A stretch of 44,848 nt of DNA. Origin: Octopus sinensis. Taxonomy: Eukaryota. The translations under genes and the position numbers were made by a program. This document shows positions 35,701 through 44,848 of the stretch, piece after piece (within the stretch, counting starts at the first letter, position 1; each line of letters opens with the position of its first letter). The notes beneath the pieces were generated by a model. It was not told the DNA's origin. It did no database searches and saw only the letters and a list, made by a program, of their open reading frames with translations. The DNA is taken from NCBI RefSeq assembly GCF_006345805.1, contig NW_021835084.1:1-44848 (forward strand). Reading direction: 5' to 3'.

Positions 35701-35906
35701 GATAAATACTATCACTATTATTTTTATTAATAACGATAACAAATAATAGCATTGATGTCCCAGTAAGACTAATGATGATGATAATGAAGACAATGATGAT
35801 GATGATGATTAATAATGATAATGAAATTAATAACGATAAGACAGCATCATAGTTTGATAATGGAAATGGCAAGCATTACATAGAAATGAAAGCAAAAAAA
35901 ATTACA

Positions 35907-35938
<32 letters not shown>

Positions 35939-36279
35939 GGTGGTGGTGGTGGTGGTGGGGTTTCAAATTTTGCCACCAGGACAGCAATTTTGGAGTAGGG
36001 GATGAGTAGATTTTATCGACCCCGCCTTTTCAGCCGGTACTTGTTTCATAGACCTTGGTCGACTTTGAACTGAGAACATAAAGACCGATGAAATGACAGC
36101 AAACATTTTGGCCAGCTTACTACCAATTCTGCCAGCTCACTACCAATGACGCCGCCGCCACCACCACCACCATCTCATCATCGTCTCCTTCATCATCATT
36201 GCGATCATCGTCCTCATTACTTTCACCACCATCATGTACCCCCTCCATGGATCTTGCTGCCCTTATGTCAAAATTTGAA

Positions 36280-36327
<48 letters not shown>

Positions 36328-36329
36328 TC

Positions 36330-36620
36330 AAATTTTGCCTCAAGAGGAGCAATTTTGTGGAGAGGGGATGAGTCGGTTACATTGACCCCAGTGTATCACT
36401 GGTACTTATTCTATTGACCCCACCAAATGGATGAAAAGTAAAGTTGATCTTGGCAGAATTTGAACTCAGAATGTAGTTCAAATTCTGCTGAGGTTGACTC
36501 TGCCTTTCATTCTTTCGGGGTCAATAAAATAAGTACCAGTTACGCACTGGGGTCAATGTAATCAACTAGTCCTTTCCTGCCAAATTCCAGGCCTTGTGCC
36601 TTTGGTAGAAAAGATCGTTA
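36330..36620. mobile_element. Head-to-head family B fragments forming a foldback
   Basis: Perfect 14-bp inverted repeat 36453-36466 / 36475-36488 with longer imperfect arms. Confidence 0.8.
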
Positions 36621-36709
36621 TTATCATTATTATTATTATTATTATTATTATCATTAAACAAAAGCTATTACATGCTACTTAATTAGCAATGATATACATA
36701 TATACATAT

Positions 36710-36866
36710 CATCATCATCGTTTAACGTCCGTTTTCTGTGCTAGCACAGGTTGGATGGTTCGAACGGGGTCTGGGAAGCTAGGGGCTGCACCAGGCTCCA
36801 GTCTGATCTGGCAGTGTTTCTACAGCTGGATGCCCTTCCTAACGCCAGCCACTCCGCGAGTGTAGT
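36710..36866 (-). mobile_element. Family C tail
   Basis: catcatcgtttaacgtccgttttctgtgctagc... Confidence 0.85.
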
Positions 36867-37352
36867 ATATATATACATACATACATGTATGTATACACAC
36901 ACACACACACACACAAACACATATTATATGTGGGTATATAAATGTTTATAACGCATATGCACTCCCATATCCAAATGTATGTATATGTATGTATTCTGTG
37001 GGTAGCAGCAGTCAGTTCAAACCTTCCTAGACACACACACACATACACACACACACACATACACAAATACATGCTCCAGTACATACATAAGTGGGTGTTT
37101 AAAAGGAATGCATTTAGATGCATATCTCCCTATGTGAATGTGACGAGTGTGTGTGTGTGTGTGTTGAGTAACACAATTTAATGATGTAGAGTGGTCATCT
37201 CGCTTTGCCATTTCTTAACAGAAGCAAAGTAGCCAGCGCATGTTATTAAGTTGATCCCCAGTGAAATTAGGAATCCAGCCGATCCTAATGGCCACCCTCA
37301 CCATGATCAAACAGAGACAAGCCAAAAATCAGCCAAGCGTGAAATCGCTTAC

Positions 37353-37421
37353 CAGATAGATTAATTGCGCAGTCAATGAATTTGTTAGCAGCTCCAAGAT
37401 AAAAAGCTATGAGGCGATGAT
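37353..37421 (-). other. Candidate 69-nt exon
   Basis: catcgccatctctccag|ATCAT...ATCTG|gtaagc; only open frame HRLIAFYLGAANKFIDCAINLS. Confidence 0.3.
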
Positions 37422-38069
37422 CTGGAGAGATGGCGATGTTTTGATATTCCGAAATGGAGATATTGTGATATTTACATATATACTGATGATACCTGTTCCT
37501 TTGTAGCAGCATGTACGAGAACGATATGTATGGTGGAAGTGTGTGCATACCTCTTTGATTGAGTGCTGTGCACCTGTATGAATGTGTGTAGGTTTGATTA
37601 TAATTATAGATATAGCTTGAGGAGGAGTATATCATCATCATCACCATCATTTAACACCCCTGCCTTCCATGCTGGCATTGGCTGGACTACCGGTGTGGGC
37701 ATGTAATACTTTTTGATAGTTTATAAAAAACAAATAAATAAATAAATAAATAAAATAATTAAAAAATAAATAAATAAATAAATAAATATAAAAATATAAA
37801 ATATAAAAATAAAAATTTTTTTAGAAAATATAAAAAAAAAAATTAAATTAAATAATAATAAAAATATATATATATTTTATAATTTATAAGTTTAAATTAT
37901 TATTTTAATAATTTTTTAAAATTTTAACTTTAATTTAAATATTTTAATTGGATTTTTACATTTTATATTTTTTATATATTTTTTAATTAATTCTATTTCT
38001 ATGTATTGGCTTATGTTTTTCACTGATTGATTTGCCTAATATTGGTTTTATCTCTAATTTATATAATAT

Positions 38070-38101
<32 letters not shown>

Positions 38102-38679
38102 ATAATATATTGTCAATAATAAAATGGTAAAATCAATTATTATTAATTGTCAATTTTACCAAGTAGTGTTCAGTATGTAAAAAGACCATTTACAGTATAT
38201 TTAAAACATTACGTCATATAATTAGGGTTCAGTAAAATAATTTACTTTACCACATACCAAACTTTTAGAAATAGCAGCCAAAAAATTTTAGCTATTTTTT
38301 TCTACTATAAGAAAAGTCTCCCAGACAATGTATACTCAGAAATAATTCACGCAGGTATAGAGGGAAAAATAACGAAGGATCACATATATATATACTCTTT
38401 TACTTGTTTCAGTCATATGACTGCGGCGGCCATGCTAGAGCACCGCCTTTAATCGAGGTGATTTGTTTATAGTGATCAAATGTTTGTGTAGACATAAGCT
38501 CATTCCCTCCATCAGATCGACATTACCTGTACAGGTGCAACTGGGTGCTACAAATCACATGTCAAAATGATCGCAGAGCAATGTGAAATGAAGTGCTTTG
38601 GTCAAGAACACAATACAGCGCCTGATCTGGGAATCTTGCAATCAGGAGTGCAACACCTTAACCACTAAATTATATATAT

Positions 38680-38710
<31 letters not shown>

Positions 38711-38711
<1 letters not shown>

Positions 38712-38867
38712 GGTGCAGGAGTAGCTGTATGGAAAGTAGCTCGCTTACCAACCACATGGTTCTGGGTTCAGTCCCACTGTGTGGCACCTTGGCAAGTGTC
38801 TTCTACTATAGCCTTGGGCTGACCAAAGCCTGTGAGTGGATTTGATAGACGGAAACTGAAAAAAGCC

Positions 38868-38898
<31 letters not shown>

Positions 38899-39147
38899 GC
38901 ATATATATATGTGTGTATATGTATGTGTGTGTATATGCTTGTGTGTTTGTGTTTGTCTCCTCGAGATCACTTGAAAATCAATCTGGGTTCATTTACGTTT
39001 CTGTAACTTAGCAGTGCAGCAAAAGAGACTGATAGAATAAGTACTAGGCTTACAAAGAATAAGTCCTGGGGGTCAATTTATTCGACTAAAAGTGGTGCTC
39101 TAGCATGGCCACAGCCAAATGACTGAAACAAGTAAAAGAATAAAAGA
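38711..39147 (+). mobile_element. Full-length SINE family A, diverged
   Basis: Matches family A. Confidence 0.88.
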
Positions 39148-39284
39148 ACATGAGTGTATGTATGCATTTTTATATAGTGTGTATATTTATAATATGTATA
39201 ATAGCCATGCATACACACACACACGTGCACTTCACATACAAATAAATAACATTCTCTCAATGTACAAATTATAGTCTTTTTACT

Positions 39285-39525
39285 TGCTTGCTGTATTCTC
39301 AGTCAAAAGACAAACACACCTCTGTGCATACACCCTGCCACCGTTAGCTCCTACACGCATTTTTTTCTCTCCTTGTTTCTTTTCTGTGTATCTTTCTGTT
39401 GAAGAGCGTAGGCTCGAAATGTAAAAGACTTGTTTTATTTCTATTCCTGAGCGCCATACTAATACAATTGCTTGTTTGTACTCCACCTGCCTTTGTCTTT
39501 TGTTTATTTTCGTAAGCTTCCCGAT
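39285..39525 (+). mobile_element. Penelope-like remnant with HHR-like motif at 39392-39427
   Basis: cttt CTGTTGA a gagc-gtag-gctc GAAA tgt A aaag. Confidence 0.55.
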
Positions 39526-39663
39526 ATATACATATATATATATATATATATATCATTAATGATATAAGGGTAAATAATTATTAATTTCAAAATCAACAAT
39601 TATTTCTGGGTAGATTTCCGTATGGAAATATAACCATTATCGGTTATAATATAACCATTATAT

Positions 39664-39890
39664 ATTTCTTTACTACCCACAAGGGGCTAAACACAGAGGG
39701 GACAAACAAGGACAGACAAATGGATTGAGTCGATTACATCGACTCCAGTGCGTAACTGGTACTTAATTTATCGACCCCGAAAGGATGAAAGGCAAAGTCG
39801 ACCTTGGCGGAATTTGAACTCAGAACGTAATGGCAGACGAAATACGGCTACGCATTTCGCCCGGTGTTCTAACGTTTCTGCCAGTTTGCC
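39664..39890 (-). mobile_element. SINE family B
   Basis: Reverse complement of family B. Confidence 0.9.
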
Positions 39891-39970
39891 AATAGAAAGA
39901 AGCGGTCTTTGACTGCTATTTCTAATTTCATGTTATGTGGCTAAGCAACCTGTTGCTTGCTCTTTTTATT

Positions 39971-40009
<39 letters not shown>

Positions 40010-40038
40010 AGAAGAAAGCAACAAGAATGGATTAGTTG

Positions 40039-40127
40039 TTCAGTACAATTGTTTCATACGAAGAACAGATTTATTAAAAGCAGCAAATATGGCGGCAAAT
40101 GCAAGTGTCCCATATTCATCAGCCAAA
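40039..40127 (-). ncRNA. Type I HHR, canonical core, palindromic helix III
   Basis: tttgg CTGATGA atatggg-(loop)-ttcgtat GAA ACAATTGT A ctgaa; GUA site. Confidence 0.65.
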
Positions 40128-40396
40128 ACACATATGAGTTTTCCAAACATCCTAGGGGGTGAGGCTACACTCATGAAGTATCAAAGAGAGTTCTATGAAA
40201 AGCAAAGTTAGATTGTAAGCAGCCTTAAAATGTTTTCTAATGATGCACAGTTTTATAATAGGTTTTTAAAAAAGATTGTTATAATCACCCCACATTATTT
40301 TATGGTTAATACCATAAAGATTTCCGGTGCATCTAAGTTAAGTACCGCATTCATGTGAATTCATTGGAACTCACTTGAATCTTAATTGTTTTACTG

Positions 40397-40435
<39 letters not shown>

Positions 40436-40663
40436 TAACAATATAGGATGAAGTCCCTTTCTCTACAGAAAAGGATTCCATCAAAAAGCATGACAGTTTT
40501 ATAAAAAAACCTTTACGGTTGAAGTAAAAACATCTTATAATTAAGGGCTAAAGAAGGTTATTCTAAAGCCAAAACACTGATTTATCCACTTATAATCCAC
40601 TTGTTACAGGAAAATTGAACTGAAAGCGGGCAACTAACCTTTAGAAAATTTAAATTTCGTTAT

Positions 40664-40724
40664 CTCTATATTGAATCAATTTCGGAATTAATCCCTATAA
40701 AGGATACATTCTTCTTCAGTAGAG
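40664..40724 (-). ncRNA. Type I HHR able to fold as a monomer
   Basis: ctcta CTGAAGA agaat-(hairpin)-attcc GAA ATTG-att-CAAT A tagag; helix I 5 bp, helix III 4 bp, A.C mismatch at the base of helix II. Confidence 0.7.
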
Positions 40725-40981
40725 CTTACGAGGGAATATAAATAAAATACTCACATGTGATCATGGAAAAAGCAGAAGCTAAAAACACAACCACATTTAA
40801 GTACATCATTTATATCTAAAAATAAAAATTCCTTGGTCAGTCTCAGAACAACGTGTTGACCTTTCGCCGCTACATATTGTAATGGTTACCGGTCCCCTTG
40901 TAACAAGCAGTGAGTTTACTACTAACAATATAGGATGAAGTGTATTGACTTTAGAATAACCTTCTTTAACCCTTAATTATA

Positions 40982-41029
<48 letters not shown>

Positions 41030-41397
41030 AGAGGATGCATATACATCCACACACGAAATGCCATGTTAGCAGTCCAATTATTCTGCATCAGTAATAATTT
41101 CCTACATACCATATTGACCAGTTATAATTCTTAACTAAACCACGTATAAGCCGAAGCCGCCTCGTGTCAGCACAAGCAAATCCATATTAATATCGATGTA
41201 TCTGCATTAATATTATATCAATATAAAATTAATCTAACGTATTTTATTATATATATATATTATTTTATTTTATTAAAGCTCAATTATATTAGATTATATA
41301 TATTATAGCATATAAAACGTTATACTTATATTGTTTTATCACATAATAAAATATATTATTTATATATATATATGTATATAAATATTCTTTTTCATTT

Positions 41398-42050
41398 ATT
41401 CTTTTACTTGTTTCAGTCATTTGACTGTGGCCACGCTGGAGCACTGCCTCTAGTTGAGCAAATCGAACCCAGGACTTATTCTTTGTAAGACTAGTACTTA
41501 TTCTATCGGTCTCTTTTGCCGAACTGCTAAGTTACGGGTACATAAACACACCAGCATTGGATGTCAAGCGATGCTGGGGGTGACAAACACAGACACACAA
41601 TGATACACACACACACACACACATACACACACACACATGCATATATATACATATACGAAGGGCTTCTTCCAGTTTCTGTCTACCAAATCCACTCACAAGG
41701 CTTTAGTTGGCCCAAGGCCATAGTAGAAGACACCTGCCCTAGATGCCACGCAGTGGGACTGAACCCATGACCATGTGATTGGTAAGCAAGCAAGCTACTT
41801 ACCACATAGCCACTCCTGCTATATATATACATATATTTCTTTTATATCTTTCACTTGTTTCAGTCATTTGACTGTGGCCATGATGGAGCACCACCTTTAG
41901 TCAACCAGATCGACCCCAGGACTTATTCTTTGTAAGCAAAGTACTTAGTCTATTGGTCTCTTTTGCCGAACTGCTAAGTTATGGGGATGTAAACATACCA
42001 TCACCGGTTATCAAGCGATGATGTGGAGAACAAACACAGACATACAAATA
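41398..42050 (-). mobile_element. Family A SINE (41398-41820) plus a second 3' half (41838-42050)
   Basis: Reverse complement of family A. Confidence 0.88.
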
Positions 42051-42079
42051 CAGACATGCATATATAATTATCATCATCA

Positions 42080-42345
42080 TCGTCGTCGTTTAACGTCCGT
42101 TTTCCATGCTGGCATGGGTTGGATGGTTTGACTGAGGTTCTGGAGAGCCAGAAGCCTGCACCAGGCTCCAAACTGATCTGGCACTGTTTCTACAGCTGGA
42201 TTCCCTTCCTAACGCCAGGCTTCTTTCAGTTTCCGTCAACTAGATCCACTCATAAGGCTTCGGTCAGCCAGCCCAAGGTACCATGCAGTGGGACTGAACC
42301 AAGAGCCATGTGGTTGGGAAGCAAGCTTCTTATCACACACCTACT
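42080..42345 (-). mobile_element. Chimera: family A head joined to family C (RTE) tail
   Basis: Junction ...ccttcctaacgcca|ggcttctttcagtttccgtc at about 42215. Confidence 0.75.
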
Positions 42346-42366
42346 ATAAATATATATATATATATA

Positions 42367-42761
42367 CTAGCAGTATTGCCCGGCGTTGCTCGGGTATATA
42401 AGGGAAATAACTATATAAGCATTTTTAGAGATGTGAAGTATAATAGCCATCTCAATATGGCTAACCACAAGGGGTAAGGTGTTACTGTAGCTTTTTACGT
42501 TCTGAGATTTAATATTAAATTTTTAGAGAGTTACTTCCCTTATATATGCCGAAAATGCATTACAATGGGAAAAATTGATGGTAAATTTTTTTTTAATCGT
42601 AGACTCACCGTAGACGCACGCTAATACCCAGAAGGGCTCGATATGAATCACGACTATAAGATACCTGCTTTTGGTTACACTGCACCGCAAAATGTGGGAG
42701 TAGTTAGGAATCTAAATCGTAGGAGACAGACAGCACACAACCTTACTTTTATATATAAAGA
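42367..42761 (-). mobile_element. Complete non-autonomous Helitron (395 bp)
   Basis: A|TCtttatatataaaag...cccgagcaacgccgggcaatactgCTAG|T; GC-rich hairpin upstream of CTAG; no TSD. Confidence 0.85.
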
Positions 42762-42850
42762 TATATATATAATAAATAGTAAATAATATATCGTGTATGT
42801 ATATATGTATATATATATATAATAGTAATAATATATCGTGTATGTATGTA

Positions 42851-42882
<32 letters not shown>

Positions 42883-42911
42883 GTAAATAGTAATATATTC
42901 GTGTATGTATG

Positions 42912-42942
<31 letters not shown>

Positions 42943-43115
42943 TATATATAATACATACATACATGCATATATGGGTACAGGACATCACCAACGGTTCAAA
43001 CAACATGAAATGCATAAACAAGGAATAAAATGGAGATCAGGATAAGTCAACACAAGAAAAGGACCCTTCAGCAGTTGTCAGCTGTCTATCAACTTCTCCT
43101 CATTTCAAGCATATA

Positions 43116-43154
<39 letters not shown>

Positions 43155-43354
43155 TTTCCCAATTTATATTCCTGTATGTTATATTTTAATAATTACTGGT
43201 ATCCTTATATATTAATATATTTTATATGTAAAGCATAATATGTTATACGCATGTATATTCTTGTTATTGTCATTTTAGTAAATAAATAAGTTGACATAGT
43301 ACAATATCTAAAAGTTTATGAACCACCTGTTGATCCCCTCTATTTTACTATTGG

Positions 43355-43434
<80 letters not shown>

Positions 43435-43639
43435 TATATTATATATAGAAAAATACAACTGGGACAAGAGCGTAAACATTTAGAAGACGATACAAAAAAC
43501 ACAGACGGGACATTCGAAGCCTTCAATCTTCAGTCAAGAACCGGATCATCCTAGCAATTTCGGCTGATTAATCTTGAGATCGCTCCGATCCGGCCAGCCC
43601 CAAGGAAAACTAAGCTACGAGCATTATATATATATATAT

Positions 43640-43870
43640 ATATATTTCTTTACTGCCCACAGGGGGCTAAACATAGAGGGGACAAACAAGGACAGATAAA
43701 GGGATTAAGTCGATTACAACGCCCCAGTGCGAAACTGGTACTTTATTTATCGACCCCGAATGGATGAAAGGCAAAGTCGACTTCAGCGGAATTTGAACTC
43801 AGAACGTAACGGCAGACGAAATACGGTTACGCATTTCGCCTGGCATACTAATGTTTCTGCCAGCTCGCGG
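43640..43870 (-). mobile_element. SINE family B
   Basis: Reverse complement of family B. Confidence 0.9.
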
Positions 43871-44079
43871 CCTATATATATAAATATATGTACGCATGTA
43901 TCTGTGTGTGTGTGTGCAGATGTCTTTGCAAAATTGGTCAATTATATCTTTCTTGGTTTCTATGGTTGGATGCCCTTCCTAATGCCAACTACTCCGAGGC
44001 TGTGGAGGGTGCCGTGTATGTGTAACCAGTTTGGAATCTTGTATGTTCCACTGGATGCAACGTACATGTACAACAGAGT

Positions 44080-44400
44080 GTAGATGTCTTGAGAGAAAAA
44101 TTGGGCATAAGAGGCATGAAATGTGATGTACAAGGGTGATGACTGTACTGCTATGATCATGTGATGCATATACAGGCAAGGATAGTTGTGTAAAGAAATG
44201 CTGTGGAGGGAAGGTGAGAAAGCGGTAAGACCCAGGGAGACATGGGATGATCTCCATGGTCTTTGAACGTGGGGTCCCACAGAAACAATGACAAATGAAT
44301 TCACAGTCATGGCAGAAACAATGATAAGTGAGACCCAAGCTATGGCCAGTGCTGGTGACACAATAACATCCATGCTGTCAGCACATAAAAGCACCCATGC
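44080..44400 (+). mobile_element. Degenerate RTE ORF2 end running into the family C repeat motif
   Basis: VDVLREKLGIRGMKCDVQG*...DSCVKKC...RPRETWD-like remnants, then gcacataaaagcaccc. Confidence 0.65.
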
Positions 44401-44413
44401 CAGTATATATGTA

Positions 44414-44773
44414 TACTCTTTTTTACTCTTTTACTTGTTTCAGTCATTTGACTGTGGCCATGCTGGAGCACCGCCTTTAGTCGAGCAAATCAACCCCGGG
44501 ACTTATTCTTTGTAAGCATCGGTTGTCAAGCAATGCCAGAGGGACAAACACAGACACACAAACACATACACACACACACATATATTTATATATATATATA
44601 TACATATATACGACAGGCTTCTTTCAGTTTCCATCTACCAAATCCACTCACAAGGCTTTGGTCGGCCCGGGGCTATAGCAGAAGACACTTGCCCAAGATG
44701 CCACGCAGTGGGACTGAACCCGGAACCATGTGGTTGGTTAGCAAGCTACTTACCACACAGCCACTCCTGCACC
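44414..44773 (-). mobile_element. Family A SINE with internal deletion
   Basis: Reverse complement of family A. Confidence 0.88.
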
Positions 44774-44848
44774 TATCCTTAAAATCCTTAAAAATGTTTT
44801 AGCCCGAAGGCCACGGCCATGCTGGGGCACCATCGCTGCACTGTTGTC

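Noticed and set aside
1787-35746. Long IY, CV, HT, poly-I, poly-Y, poly-K/E and poly-S ORFs
   Set aside because: Read-through of di- and trinucleotide microsatellites, with no splice or codon evidence.
37705-38110. Almost pure A/T block, A-rich then T-rich
   Set aside because: No exact inverted match; consistent with decayed microsatellite or low-quality consensus.
40749-40780. 24-nt minus-strand microexon (tttttag|...|gtgagt)
   Set aside because: Lies inside a repeat-like unit, and such short AG-GT windows arise by chance.
43450-43625. CTGAAGA on minus in a TA-flanked element; also a CTGCTGA-type motif near 43070
   Set aside because: Could not form helix II, GAAA and helix I together; probably Penelope-related but not supportable as an HHR.
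943-44802. Recurring ORFs such as DGLLSVSVYQIHSQGFGRPEAIVEDTCPRCHAVGLNPEPCGW and MPRSGTEPGTMWLVSKLLTTQPLL
   Set aside because: Antisense translations of the family A SINE head, not a gene family.

Overview
AT-rich eukaryotic non-coding DNA, almost certainly octopus (inferred from recognising the SINE families, not from a search). It looks intronic or intergenic and holds no complete host gene; nearly all ORFs in the supplied track are read-throughs of microsatellites or SINEs. Contents: about 18 copies of a tRNA-headed SINE with an internal (TA)n/(TG)n hinge (family A), about 15 copies of a second SINE (family B), many pieces of an RTE LINE 3' UTR (family C), ORF2 ends from three different RTE lineages, two internally deleted mariners, TTAA-flanked piggyBac-type MITEs, two non-autonomous Helitrons, long micro/minisatellites and a few candidate exons. 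The most interesting signal is about ten hammerhead-ribozyme (HHR)-like motifs in short, mostly (TA)n-embedded Penelope-like remnants. Three long palindromes (13.3, 13.5 and 21.7 kb) fold back in or right beside the ribozyme, and in two of them the spacer begins exactly with the reverse complement of the CUGANGA core. All coordinates, pairings and translations were done by hand; repeat edges are approximate, and no folding, alignment or database search was run.
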